Of a stretch of 54,158 bases of DNA, positions 8,347 through 17,831 are shown piece after piece. The DNA comes from a virus (lineage: Duplodnaviria > Caudoviricetes). The translations under genes and the position numbers were made by a program. The notes beneath the pieces were generated by a model that did no database searches, was not told the origin of the DNA, and saw only the letters and a list, made by a program, of their open reading frames with translations. The stretch is from the IMG/VR virus record IMGVR_UViG_3300037264_002906, positions 1-54,158 of that record; one strand, 5' to 3'. How positions within the stretch are numbered: position 1 is the stretch's first letter; every line of letters begins with the position of its first letter.

Positions 8347-9305
8347 TAAAACTTCACCAAGAAATCTCTTAGCGCATAAAATCTCTTCGATTTAATGACC
8401 TTCCCAACATCCTGCACTGAAAAGTCTTTCGGGTCTGTTGCTTTGGGAAACGCATCCCAGCTCACATCATAAAGCTTCACATACCCTTCCAACATATCGC
8501 GCATTCGGTTTCGGCCAGAATGTCCTGCATCGTCATTATCCAGCCAGATTAAAACCTCTTTCGCGTACTTCTTTAACAATTCAGCTTGCTTCTCTGATAC
8601 ATGACTTCCTTGAATCGCCACCACATTCTCAATTCCGCATTGGTCCAGCCATAGCGTGTCGATATGACCCTCAACAACGACGAATTGATCTCCCTTAGCT
8701 TTATCGAGCCCATACAAGAATCCGCTTTTCGGGAAATGCTCATAGAACATGTATTTCGGCTGTTTATCATTCACAGACCTCCCCACAATCCCCACCAATA
8801 AGCCATTCTCATCGCGCACAGGAAATGTCACCCTCTCCATCCATTTGTCATAACCAATCTCCCATTTCTTCTGTGTCTCGGGAGTAATTCTGCGTCTCTG
8901 CATATAATTCATAGGGTCTGATATTCGATAAATCTCTAACACAGCTTCGGATAATTCCATCACCCCATTCTTTAATTTGAAGCGTTCTTTCCATTCTGGA
9001 ATATTGGCAATCGTTGAAGATACCTTCGCCAATTTCGCATTGGAGCCATAATCCACCCCAAATTTCCCATCAAGAATTTGAATTGCTTCATACACATTCA
9101 CGCCTTTCATTGAAGAAATTAAATGAGGCAAAGTGCCGGCTGAATCACAGGTAAAGCAATGAAACAACCAAAGCCCGGATTTATTGTTCAATCCCATTGA
9201 GGGTCTCTTCTCTTGCCCACCTTTATGAAATGGGCATCGAACCATATACCCATCGCCCGATTTTCGAGCGTCTAATTTTAGCCACTCAAGAATTTTGTCC
9301 ATCAT
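8346..9305 (-). CDS. dnaG: DNA primase (CHC2 zinc finger + TOPRIM)
   Basis: CPFH..FHCFTC, FPVRD..GR, VVEGHID, LDNDDAG. Confidence 0.92.
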   Translation of the reverse strand: MMDKILEWLKLDARKSGDGYMVRCPFHKGGQEKRPSMGLNNKSGLWLFHCFTCDSAGTLPHLISSMKGVNVYEAIQILDGKFGVDYGSNAKLAKVSSTIANIPEWKERFKLKNGVMELSEAVLEIYRISDPMNYMQRRRITPETQKKWEIGYDKWMERVTFPVRDENGLLVGIVGRSVNDKQPKYMFYEHFPKSGFLYGLDKAKGDQFVVVEGHIDTLWLDQCGIENVVAIQGSHVSEKQAELLKKYAKEVLIWLDNDDAGHSGRNRMRDMLEGYVKLYDVSWDAFPKATDPKDFSVQDVGKVIKSKRFYALRDFLVKF

Positions 9306-10647
9306 GTGCCTCCTTAAATTCCTTCTCTAATTTCATCGCTTCATCTCGTTCGATCTCAGCATCCATGTCAGCATTGGATTTTGAAGAAGGAATAACTTCC
9401 TGCCCAGTTTCATCAGGCATTAATTCATCAAAAATCATCGTTGTGAAATCCCATTGCGTTCTTATCTCACCAGACATACCTTCTCTCTGTTTCGCCAAGT
9501 TATGAATCATAATTCCAGGTAAATCTGCGCGTCGAAATATTTCTATCACCTCATCTGAGTCTTGGGAAAATGAGTCCGACCATTGCAATTTAGCCAATCT
9601 ATCATCCCCACCTTTTCCACCATAAGCTCCTCTTCCCATCTGACAAGTCTGAATCACAGGAATCTTAAACTTCTTCGTAAGCTTCTTCATATCGCGAGTA
9701 ATATTATAGAGCTGCTCAACTTTAGAGCGACCACCTCTATCGTCTGTCAGCAAATAAACCCCATCCACAAACAAAATATCAGGGTTATATTCCTCGATTT
9801 TGGCTGCTAAAGATAACACCCCCCCATCAGATAATTCCTCACCAGACACATAAATCGTGTTAGAATCTACAGGCTTATTGATTAATCGCTTCATTTTCTT
9901 TTTTAACTGCACTCTCGTTTCTGGGTCTTTTAAGTTCGCTTGCCTCATATCGTCATAAGGAATTTTTGCATGTAAAGCATCCAATCTGCGCTCAATTTCT
10001 TGAACAGCCATTTCTTTCGTCACCACCAGCACATTGAATCCATTTCTCCATGCTTTATAAGCGTTCAATGCCACCCACCAAGATTTACCAATCCCAGGTC
10101 GTCCAGCCACAGTTACAAGGTGATAGTCTTGAAATCCCAGCATTAATTTATCCAACCCCTTCCATCGCGTCGGAATTCCAAACACTTGCTTCTTCTCTCG
10201 CTCTTCAAATTCAGCCCACCTATCTTTGGCTCTCTTTACCCAGTCAGAATCTTGAGACACTCTTATTTCAGTATTAATCGTCGATACAGCTTTCACCAAA
10301 GACCGAAATGCAATATCAACCGAATTGGGGAGTGCTTCAGAGGCATCTTGAAGAGTCTTTCTAAGAAGATTGTATTGTTCGCGCTCTCTTAATTCATCAA
10401 TGATTGCCCGAATAGGCTCAATCTTCGTTGGGACAATCGTAATCTGCGGAAAACGATTCCTAACAATTTTCTTATGAGGGACCTCTCCATAGTTGCGGAA
10501 ATAATCAACTATGTAGGCGTAAATCTGCTTATTATCCCCATGAAAGAAATTCTGCGTCACATTTTCTTTCAGAGCGACTTTTAAGCTGCGGGTATTTAAT
10601 ATTTTAGAAATCAGGCGTATTTCTACGTCTGCAACATTAGGTGCCAT
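9286..10647 (-). CDS. dnaB: DnaB-like replicative helicase
   Basis: AGRPGIGKS, TKEM, VDGVYLL, SDSFSQDSD, KQREG. Confidence 0.92.
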   Translation of the reverse strand: MAPNVADVEIRLISKILNTRSLKVALKENVTQNFFHGDNKQIYAYIVDYFRNYGEVPHKKIVRNRFPQITIVPTKIEPIRAIIDELREREQYNLLRKTLQDASEALPNSVDIAFRSLVKAVSTINTEIRVSQDSDWVKRAKDRWAEFEEREKKQVFGIPTRWKGLDKLMLGFQDYHLVTVAGRPGIGKSWWVALNAYKAWRNGFNVLVVTKEMAVQEIERRLDALHAKIPYDDMRQANLKDPETRVQLKKKMKRLINKPVDSNTIYVSGEELSDGGVLSLAAKIEEYNPDILFVDGVYLLTDDRGGRSKVEQLYNITRDMKKLTKKFKIPVIQTCQMGRGAYGGKGGDDRLAKLQWSDSFSQDSDEVIEIFRRADLPGIMIHNLAKQREGMSGEIRTQWDFTTMIFDELMPDETGQEVIPSSKSNADMDAEIERDEAMKLEKEFKEAHDGQNS

Positions 10648-10666
10648 GTCTATCTCCTATGTCGAA

Positions 10667-11137
10667 TTAATTCCAACTTCGTTGGTGAATGATCGCGTGT
10701 ATATTCCCTATAGTGACCCCAAATTTATTTGCCAGATTTTGCATAGTCAATTTAGGATAAACAGCCCTAATTACCGCAACATCCCTCTGTGATAATTTAG
10801 CGCATCCATTTCTCTCACCTTTTTGAGACATTCTCCCACGAAGAAAAGCATCTCTTATATTTTTAGAGTGCGTCCCCAATTCCAAGTGGTCAGGGTTAAC
10901 GCATTGAGGATTATCACACTTATGAAGAACAAACATCCCCTTTGGAATATCTCCTTTAGCCATAAAATAAGAAAGTCTATGTGCGCTCCAATGTTTTCCA
11001 TTCACATAAATCTTCCCATACCCATCTTGTAATCTCCAGCCCAACCATAATCAACAAGTACGAGTCTTTTTAGTATTTCGCCAAAACCGATCATGAACTG
11101 AAGGCCAAGGTTGGCGATATGGAGATTTACTTTTCAT
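10667..11137 (-). pseudogene. HNH homing endonuclease with an in-frame TGA at codon 29
   Basis: RFWRNTKKTRTC*LWLG..AHRLSY..VLHKCDNPQCVNPDHL..GERNGCAKL; the stop sits where this family has a conserved Trp. Confidence 0.8.
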
Positions 11138-11504
11138 CGCTATCATGAGAGTGGCCTATCGGCGGAATATGCTTAGGATTTTCGCGCGGTTGGCGGGGGT
11201 TAAATATCTTCTCATCAGAGGCCGTCGTGAATTGCGTTCCAGACCATGCACCCTCTTCGTATTTCTTCATCACCTGAACTGCTTCATTTAATTGCTTCGG
11301 ATTCGCAGGATGAGACCCCATAGAATTAACAGCGTCAATCTTCCCAATAATCGGTCTCGCACTCATTCTTCCGCCGGCTGGATTAATGCCAGTTGCGGAA
11401 GGTGGCATAGGAGGCGGAAGTGGAGTAGATGCCACTCTCTCACCCAAACAAACCACACATTGACCATTCTGCATGAAGTCCTTACAAGCGTGTTGTATTC
11501 CCAT
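11127..11504 (-). CDS. Pro-rich hypothetical protein
   Basis: SD AAGGAG before ATG 11504 (MGIQHACK). Confidence 0.55.
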   Translation of the reverse strand: MGIQHACKDFMQNGQCVVCLGERVASTPLPPPMPPSATGINPAGGRMSARPIIGKIDAVNSMGSHPANPKQLNEAVQVMKKYEEGAWSGTQFTTASDEKIFNPRQPRENPKHIPPIGHSHDSDEK

Positions 11505-11505
11505 T

Positions 11506-11685
11506 TTATTTCTCCTTTTTGAACCCAGGTATCGTCGGATACCCAAAATCCCTTGGTTGCGTAACTGATTTCTTCTCACCACAAATATCGCAATTTGCTA
11601 TATGCCAAGTAGAAACATCAAATCTCGGCTTTCCGTATTTATTGCCACAGTCTGAACAAATCCAATCTGGATAAGGGTTGCTCAT
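11506..11685 (-). CDS. small Zn-finger protein (not in ORF track)
   Basis: MSNPYPDWICSDCG..WHIANCDICG..VTQPRDFG, 59 aa; ATGA overlap. Confidence 0.75.
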   Translation of the reverse strand: MSNPYPDWICSDCGNKYGKPRFDVSTWHIANCDICGEKKSVTQPRDFGYPTIPGFKKEK

Positions 11686-12038
11686 TTTTTCTTCTCCCTG
11701 ATAATTCGATAAATAACCATTCGACCATCATATCGACCTGTTTCCTCAATCAGTAATCCCTTCAATCTATGGAGGGCTTGAGACAAAGCTTCAGGACTCG
11801 GTTCTTTCTTAAATTGTGGAAATAAAATGTGAATTCTCTTTCGAATATTTTTAATGGTGAAATCTCTGTCATGCGCAAATGCATTCACAATCGCTCGAAT
11901 CACATAAGGCAAAATCCCTGACTTTCTTGCTCCCCATCGTCCACTTTCCAAGAAATATTGCTTTCTAAGATTAACTAAATCTCGATAATATTTATCTCGA
12001 ATTTTTGCTCGAATATGCTTGTATTCTTTTATGTCCAT
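11682..12038 (-). CDS. putative winged-helix DNA-binding protein
   Basis: Basic protein; LSQALHRLKGLLIEETGR..IYRI. Confidence 0.55.
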   Translation of the reverse strand: MDIKEYKHIRAKIRDKYYRDLVNLRKQYFLESGRWGARKSGILPYVIRAIVNAFAHDRDFTIKNIRKRIHILFPQFKKEPSPEALSQALHRLKGLLIEETGRYDGRMVIYRIIREKKK

Positions 12039-12047
12039 GTCACTCTC

Positions 12048-12602
12048 CTATCGTTTTTCAATTCCAAGAAGTCCCCAGTCTTCAAACAACACCCCCTTGG
12101 GATAAGCTTCTCTTTGTTTTATCGCTGACAATGTGTAGTAAACCGTTACTTGCGGATTCAAAGTTACCTGCTCCCTAAAATCATCGGGATTATTAATGCA
12201 CAGTAAATTTGTGTATGGGAACTGCTCAATCAAAGCTTTCCTATGCGACCACAAATGTCTAGGACCCACATAAACCACCATGATGTTATAAGCCACCTTT
12301 ATCAAGTCGGTAATTCGTTCCATCGACCCAGGCCATCGCTTATACAACAACATTGATTTTTTATTTAAGTACGGAATCGGCAATTTCTCCAAATAGCCAA
12401 CCCGCTTTCTATCTTCTTCCAGCACATACATTAAGCATTCAAAATCAAATGCGATATATGGGTTCGGAACATTCGAAATGTCACCCTTCAGCATATTCCC
12501 TCCCTTAATTTTAGCGACATAAACAACAGGATTGGGCATGAATTCTCCAGCCCAACCCTTCAGTCCTGTCGTCGATTCTATCTTTGGAGCTTCTTCAGCC
12601 AT
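12048..12602 (-). CDS. hypothetical phage protein; possible internal start at 12494 (MLKGDISN)
   Basis: Long ORF; SD GGGAGG before 12494. Confidence 0.6.
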   Translation of the reverse strand: MAEEAPKIESTTGLKGWAGEFMPNPVVYVAKIKGGNMLKGDISNVPNPYIAFDFECLMYVLEEDRKRVGYLEKLPIPYLNKKSMLLYKRWPGSMERITDLIKVAYNIMVVYVGPRHLWSHRKALIEQFPYTNLLCINNPDDFREQVTLNPQVTVYYTLSAIKQREAYPKGVLFEDWGLLGIEKR

Positions 12603-12897
12603 TTATCTCTTTCTCAAGCTGTTCCAGTTCAGCTTTCCTCTTTTCAATTTCCATCTTCTTTTGTTCCAGCATTATTTTTCTATCTTCAAATGACATCTCA
12701 GACATATGCGCGTCGATCAATTTTTTGAATGCTCCCCGCGCGTAATAATCCAAAGAAATCATCAGTTCGTTAAAATGCTTCTCACACAATGGGACAGGTC
12801 CAAATGCTCCACAGGAAATGCATCGTGAAGTTGGAGCTTTCTCATCGCGAAATAATCCACCACTAGAAACGGTAGTCATGCCATCAACAGGGCTCAT
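12595..12897 (-). CDS. Zn-finger / coiled-coil protein
   Basis: CISC..LCEKH and a charged C-terminal helix. Confidence 0.6.
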   Translation of the reverse strand: MSPVDGMTTVSSGGLFRDEKAPTSRCISCGAFGPVPLCEKHFNELMISLDYYARGAFKKLIDAHMSEMSFEDRKIMLEQKKMEIEKRKAELEQLEKEING

Positions 12898-13778
12898 AAT
12901 TTACCTCCGCTTAATTTAACTGCTTTTTCCCAAGCTAAGGATTTCGTATTCACATCCGTTACCAATCGTGAACCCAATAATCCCATCCCAGGTTTTGAGT
13001 AATCTTGCTGTCCACTATCAAACAACCATCGAATCATGCGAATAATCTGCGCGTTATTAACCACTTTTCTAAGTCGGGAAATTATTCTAAGGTCTTTTCC
13101 CATCATCGGAATATAAGGCGAGCTGTATTTCTTCAAATACCGATATTCCCAAAAAGACAAAATATCTCGGGAAGTCATCTGCTCCAATTGCCCATCAGTT
13201 AATTTGCGCATCATAACGCCCCAAGGACCTTCTAATAATTTCTCTCGTACAGGTTGATAACCAATTCGGAACCACTTCTTTGTATTCGTCTCTTCATCCG
13301 CACCAAACCTCCCAACCCGAACTTTATCTCCGGGCTTAACCAGTTTTGCCACATTGACATCTAAATGCTGAGTTGGTGCGTCTCCATTAGGAGACTCAGC
13401 GATATCGTATTTCTTAGTTATGTGGCTATAGATTTGTCTTACTTTTGCTTCAATTCCCTGCTCTTTGAAATCCCAATTAACCCGATAGACTGCTTTCTCT
13501 CTTGTCCCCGACGCAGAATTAAGTGACCCAGCCTTTACTCTAAAAAGATATCCCTTCTCCCGCAAAACTCTAATGCTCGCTGATATTCGGTCTGGTACAA
13601 GACCTGTCCACATCTCAATATCAGTAAATGACGCAGGAACATCTTTATGCCCGTCCTCCAAACTCTCTTGAATAAAGACCCACATAATTCTCGCCACATC
13701 TCGACTTTCTGAGGTTAAGATGTCCGTGAAATACCACGAGGGTATAGGGAATATCGGGCTCGATAGTTTCTTGCCCAT
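12894..13778 (-). CDS. putative replication initiator with N-terminal HTH
   Basis: SFTDIEMWTGL..ISASIRVLREKGYL winged helix; upstream of the helicase cluster. Confidence 0.55.
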   Translation of the reverse strand: MGKKLSSPIFPIPSWYFTDILTSESRDVARIMWVFIQESLEDGHKDVPASFTDIEMWTGLVPDRISASIRVLREKGYLFRVKAGSLNSASGTREKAVYRVNWDFKEQGIEAKVRQIYSHITKKYDIAESPNGDAPTQHLDVNVAKLVKPGDKVRVGRFGADEETNTKKWFRIGYQPVREKLLEGPWGVMMRKLTDGQLEQMTSRDILSFWEYRYLKKYSSPYIPMMGKDLRIISRLRKVVNNAQIIRMIRWLFDSGQQDYSKPGMGLLGSRLVTDVNTKSLAWEKAVKLSGGKL

Positions 13779-13790
13779 AAATCCTCCCCA

Positions 13791-14030
13791 CTAATCTCGT
13801 TCAGCCACAACCCTTGCTACATCGCCAAGAACTTTTTTGTTCTCGTCTACCGCGATGGATAATTGTTCTTCAACAAGCTTTTTTGCTCTTTCAAATGTAT
13901 CTTTAACATCTGCAATCTCACAATCCAACTGAACCCCAGCATCTACACGCCAAGATTGATAATTCTTAGACAATGTGAGCCCTTGACTGTAAATGACCTT
14001 CGCCATCAGCTTTTTCTTTAGAATTTTCAT
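13791..14030 (-). CDS. hypothetical protein
   Basis: GLTLSKNYQSWRVDAG; SD AGGAGG. Confidence 0.65.
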   Translation of the reverse strand: MKILKKKLMAKVIYSQGLTLSKNYQSWRVDAGVQLDCEIADVKDTFERAKKLVEEQLSIAVDENKKVLGDVARVVAERD

Positions 14031-14334
14031 TATCGCCTCCTAAATATTTTTCTCGTATCTTTTTCCATTCAGAGAATGTCCTCTCCTTGAATCGGGTCTT
14101 TTGAAACCCAATCCCAGCTCTCGGAAATTCTTCGGCTACAATTTTTACAAGTGCATCAACTTCTGCTTTGAAATACAACCTTTGTCCGCGATTATCGCGA
14201 AGGGCAGCTCTTGGAATATGGCCATGATTTTCCCACTTACGGACTGTGATAGAATCACGACCCACCAAACCAGAAAGCTCACCAATCTGATACATCGTAT
14301 GCTTCTTCCCCTTAACGACCATTTCTCTAGGCAT
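13966..14334 (-). CDS. MerR-type HTH DNA-binding protein
   Basis: YQIGELSGLVGRDSITVRKWENHGHIP..RLY. Confidence 0.85.
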   Translation of the reverse strand: MPREMVVKGKKHTMYQIGELSGLVGRDSITVRKWENHGHIPRAALRDNRGQRLYFKAEVDALVKIVAEEFPRAGIGFQKTRFKERTFSEWKKIREKYLGGDNENSKEKADGEGHLQSRAHIV

Positions 14335-14773
14335 GATTCACCCCATTTAATAGGGCATAAGGGCCAAACAATTTCTTGGCCCAATAGTTATAGACGAGTG
14401 CTGCTGAAAACTCGTCCTTAAACCTCCCCAATGTTTTATTTTGAATCACAGCTCTCCACTTATTTCTCTCCATATCCCACGAAACTCCCTTAAACCATGA
14501 GGTTGATTTCTCACGTTTTTTACGATTTCTCATATTTTCAGCATGAGAAGAGACTCGTAAATTACTTCTGCGATTATCCAATCCATCCCCATTCACATGA
14601 TCTACCCTTCGACTCCCCATAATGTATTGATGCAGATAAACTTTCATCTCAGTCTGCCGATAAGCGTAAACATTGTTCTTTCGAACATCTGCTGTCCATT
14701 TGTAGGGAGCAACAAAGGGATAATCAACCGCATCAACGATTATAAATAGACCCTTTGTTATTGGAATTCGCAT
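14327..14773 (-). CDS. HNH-AP2 homing endonuclease
   Basis: VDHVNGDGLDNRRSNLR followed by AP2 domain FKGVSW..KWRA..LGRF. Confidence 0.9.
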   Translation of the reverse strand: MRIPITKGLFIIVDAVDYPFVAPYKWTADVRKNNVYAYRQTEMKVYLHQYIMGSRRVDHVNGDGLDNRRSNLRVSSHAENMRNRKKREKSTSWFKGVSWDMERNKWRAVIQNKTLGRFKDEFSAALVYNYWAKKLFGPYALLNGVNHA

Positions 14774-14915
14774 TGGTTCCTCCTTTAGCTTTACAGATTT
14801 TGTGATAGGAAAAACCGCCCACAATAAGCTTGTTAGGAGATTGGGGATTGACCTCCTGCTTACATCGTGGGCAAATCACATTCTTCTTTCTAATTATTGG
14901 CCTTGTATCCGGCAT
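14733..14915 (-). CDS. small Zn-binding protein
   Basis: CPRC..HKIC; SD GGAGG. Confidence 0.55.
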   Translation of the reverse strand: MPDTRPIIRKKNVICPRCKQEVNPQSPNKLIVGGFSYHKICKAKGGTNANSNNKGSIYNR

Positions 14916-14924
14916 ATCTGCCTC

Positions 14925-15344
14925 CTAGGTAATCTTCAATGCTCGCGTCACATTTTTAACAGCCAATCCCTGCATCACATCATTCGGGATATTGCCATTG
15001 ATAACCAGCTTCTCGAATTTATCATGGTCAATCGTCTCAACCTTAACCTTGTCCCACAGTCTATGCGCTTTGAGCCAGCTCTCTGCTTCTACTTCGTTAA
15101 GTGACATTGATGTTCGTGCTTCTAATTTCACCACATGACCAGCCACTTCCAATGTCACATTCCCTTTATCGTCAGTTGGAGGCATCACCATTAATTGCTT
15201 TTTAATGCCAGCCTTCATCTTATCGAGACGCTCTGAAAGAATCTTAATGCGTTTATTTGTTTCAAAATAATCAACAATCAACGCTTCAGACAACACCTCT
15301 TCAACATCGCTATCTAATTCTTTGCTATTTACTTTTATCGCCAT
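14925..15344 (-). CDS. hypothetical coiled-coil protein
   Basis: SD AGGAGG; N-terminal coiled coil. Confidence 0.65.
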   Translation of the reverse strand: MAIKVNSKELDSDVEEVLSEALIVDYFETNKRIKILSERLDKMKAGIKKQLMVMPPTDDKGNVTLEVAGHVVKLEARTSMSLNEVEAESWLKAHRLWDKVKVETIDHDKFEKLVINGNIPNDVMQGLAVKNVTRALKIT

Positions 15345-15525
15345 TTGCTTCCTCCTGTGAACTCGTCAGAAATAAAGACACATCGTCAAGAATTATCTTC
15401 TCTCCAGTGTGTTTCGCCTTTAATTTAAGTCTGAACTCATATGCTGTCCAAATACCTGTTCCTGGTAATGTGTCTTGAACAATATTTAGAACAGCATCTT
15501 CTACTTCATTAAACGCCTTAATCAT
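15325..15525 (-). CDS. hypothetical protein
   Basis: SD AGGAGG. Confidence 0.6.
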   Translation of the reverse strand: MIKAFNEVEDAVLNIVQDTLPGTGIWTAYEFRLKLKAKHTGEKIILDDVSLFLTSSQEEANGDKSK

Positions 15526-15692
15526 CTCGCCTCCTATGGGAGTTTATGCCCACAGTAGGGGCAGAATTGCATCTGCCCACTACTCTGAACTTCTTCTTGA
15601 ACAGGTTCACTCTTTTTAACTTTGAATAACTGTTCTGCGGTTAATGGAGACAACCCCGATACCGATAATACCCAACAAGAACACAATTATTG

Positions 15693-16211
15693 TCATAACA
15701 CTTCCTCCGATTTTTTATTTTCTACGTCAATCCCAAACTGTCGTTTGAGAAAATCAATGTCTATTTCGTAATAAAATTCGCTTCTTTCTCGCCACAACTC
15801 CATCTGCTCTCTCGCGTAATTATTCGCCTGTCCTAAAGTCCAATTGTTTACTTTCGCCAAATGTTCTAGGCATTCAGCCAATTGTCCCCTCATTTCACTA
15901 AGGCCGATATGTTTTACCTGGTGACAATTGGGACAAAGGGCGATCATGCGGATGAGTTTCTGGATGCGTTTCTTGTCGTCGTATTCCCACATCTCGTGGC
16001 ACTCCACTGGCCACTTGATTCCCTTCCCTCCGCATATCTCGCATTTGCGTTTTGCTCTGTCGTAAATCCGAAACCGGATTGTGTCCCATTCTTTTTTCGA
16101 CACCATGCTTCTCACGTTGTTGAACCAAGACGTTCTTGGAACTAATTCGATTGTTAATTTTGGTTGTAAATCCACAGCTTGTACACCTCCCTTCCACAGT
16201 TGGGGAATCAC
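15693..16211 (-). CDS. HNH endonuclease; start uncertain
   Basis: LTIELVPRTSW..CEICG..ECHEMW..LCPNCHQVKH. Confidence 0.85.
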   Translation of the reverse strand: MIPQLWKGGVQAVDLQPKLTIELVPRTSWFNNVRSMVSKKEWDTIRFRIYDRAKRKCEICGGKGIKWPVECHEMWEYDDKKRIQKLIRMIALCPNCHQVKHIGLSEMRGQLAECLEHLAKVNNWTLGQANNYAREQMELWRERSEFYYEIDIDFLKRQFGIDVENKKSEEVL

Positions 16212-16244
16212 ACCAGAAACAACTCCCCGGCTTTATTATTGGCT

Positions 16245-16433
16245 TCATAAACTATCAACCTCCGTCTCTCCTTCATTTTCTTTATTCAAAAGTCGAATAA
16301 ATTCCCTGTCAATATAATGTTCAATAGCTTCTGGTCGTCGATCTCCAATCCATCCGTTTCGATGCCTCCATTCAGTTTCTAAATTAACAGCCAACCGTCT
16401 CCATACCTCACACAGTCTTTTATCGGAATTCAT
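16245..16433 (-). CDS. hypothetical protein
   Basis: SD AGGAG; ATGA overlap. Confidence 0.55.
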   Translation of the reverse strand: MNSDKRLCEVWRRLAVNLETEWRHRNGWIGDRRPEAIEHYIDREFIRLLNKENEGETEVDSL

Positions 16434-16447
16434 ATAGAATATCTCCT

Positions 16448-16636
16448 ATGGAAGTTATTAACTGCCCGAATTGTCAGCATCGTATGAAACTCCTCCATGT
16501 CGAAGCTCGTCATGCATATAAGTCTCGCTGTGTGAGAACCGGAAAATGCCCATACTGCAAATTAATCTTCTCTGATTTTTGTAGCATCAAACATAAGCAA
16601 GAAGAATACGATCACACAACATACATACTTGAATGA
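16448..16636 (+). CDS. Zn-ribbon protein on the opposite strand
   Basis: CPNC and CPYC; ATGA-coupled to the next + ORF; no competing minus-strand ORF. Confidence 0.5.
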   Translation: MEVINCPNCQHRMKLLHVEARHAYKSRCVRTGKCPYCKLIFSDFCSIKHKQEEYDHTTYILE

Positions 16637-16854
16637 GAAACAGAGACCTTAAGCTTAATATCCGTAAATACAAACGACCCAATTTCGCGGTCGATGAATT
16701 CTTAATAATTCAATACATCGGTTCTGAATGGATAATCGCCAAAAATGAAACAGGAAAAGAAGTCATCTTTGAAAAACCAACCAACTTCGACAATGATTGG
16801 GAATACTTCGACTCAGAAATCATTGATCCTGATGATGAACCGAATCAAGTTTAA
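16633..16854 (+). CDS. hypothetical protein on the opposite strand
   Basis: Protein-like composition; ATGA coupling. Confidence 0.55.
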   Translation: MRNRDLKLNIRKYKRPNFAVDEFLIIQYIGSEWIIAKNETGKEVIFEKPTNFDNDWEYFDSEIIDPDDEPNQV

Positions 16855-17029
16855 GCTCAACACCATTAGCAATCGCCGCCATATCTTTTGCAAAATCAGC
16901 AAACTCGGAAAAGCTATTAAATTCTGCGACAATTTCATTTTCACAGATTAAGACCACCACATTCTCAGGCGGAACTATCTGCACCACATACCCATTATCC
17001 GTATACCAGCTTTCACCTTGATGAATCAT
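16820..17029 (-). CDS. hypothetical protein
   Basis: SD AAGGAG; ATGA overlap. Confidence 0.6.
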   Translation of the reverse strand: MIHQGESWYTDNGYVVQIVPPENVVVLICENEIVAEFNSFSEFADFAKDMAAIANGVELKLDSVHHQDQ

Positions 17030-17310
17030 TGTCTTGCTCCTTTCTTTTTATTTAGAACATCTTTGTACTGCGCTTTAATATCCATGAGCTGCTCGGTATT
17101 TGCAGTTGTTCCAGCCACCATACTTATCACCTGAAGGTCCATTAATTGTTGTCTATCTCGCGCAGACAAATAATTAAAAACCATCTGTGAACCAGCAAAC
17201 CCAGTTAAAACAGCCAGAATGATTATCAACAAAAGAGTATTGATATCTGACGTAGCTTTTAACGCACTCTCAGATACGGCCACAACTCGTCCAGCATCCG
17301 TAACTTGCAT
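17026..17310 (-). CDS. single-pass membrane protein
   Basis: SD GGAGG before ATG 17310; hydrophobic run LLLIIILAVLTGFAG. Confidence 0.65.
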   Translation of the reverse strand: MQVTDAGRVVAVSESALKATSDINTLLLIIILAVLTGFAGSQMVFNYLSARDRQQLMDLQVISMVAGTTANTEQLMDIKAQYKDVLNKKKGARQ

Positions 17311-17327
17311 ATTGCCTCCAAAATTTT

Positions 17328-17361
17328 GAGGGGAGTAGGCCCTCTCCTCCCACATCCCCTC
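17328..17361 (-). terminator. stem-loop downstream of the csp gene
   Basis: GAGGGG..CCCCTC inverted repeat just after the stop codon. Confidence 0.4.
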
Positions 17362-17368
17362 TAAAGAA

Positions 17369-17569
17369 TTAAGCGACCTTTTTGACGTTCGCTGCTTTCT
17401 CACCCTTGTCGCTATTGACAATATCGAACTCAACTTTATCGCCCTCTTTTAATTCTTTGTATCCAGTCCCCACAACTGCGGAAAAATGAACAAACACATC
17501 CCCGCCCTCTTCTTTGGCAATAAAGCCAAAGCCTTTCTGATTATTGAACCACTTTACCGTTCCCTTCAT
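17369..17569 (-). CDS. cspA: cold-shock protein
   Basis: [12 protein letters not shown]1 KGFGFI, RNP2 DVFVHFS; 66 aa. Confidence 0.95.
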   Translation of the reverse strand: MKGTVKWFNNQKGFGFIAKEEGGDVFVHFSAVVGTGYKELKEGDKVEFDIVNSDKGEKAANVKKVA

Positions 17570-17594
17570 TGTCTTAAGTCTCCTTTGTTTTTCT

Positions 17595-17831
17595 TTACGT
17601 CGGATCATCCAATTCAGCTTTGAAATCTCTCAACGCTTTTGTTAATTCTCGAACATCCCTCGATAACTGGGTCATCAATGCTGTCCCAATAAAGGCATTT
17701 GTATTCCGAAATGCATCAGCAATATCTTTGTCCACAAACTTAAATTCATCCGCAATCTTTACCGTTTGAACCTCATTCTTACCGATTCTTGGATTCGGCC
17801 AATCCATTCCCGTTTCTTCACTTATGTTCAT
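17595..17831 (-). CDS. hypothetical protein
   Basis: Fits operon packing; SD GGAG. Confidence 0.55.
   Translation of the reverse strand: MNISEETGMDWPNPRIGKNEVQTVKIADEFKFVDKDIADAFRNTNAFIGTALMTQLSRDVRELTKALRDFKAELDDPT

Noticed and set aside
11051-11053. Genome-wide TGA-to-Trp recoding
   Set aside because: TGA ends many genes, with frequent ATGA overlaps, and core genes are intact in the standard code
15898-16248. 116-aa ORF overlapping the HNH gene
   Set aside because: Only the N-terminal CxxC part looks protein-like; the rest is an alternate frame of the HNH gene, so its boundaries cannot be supported
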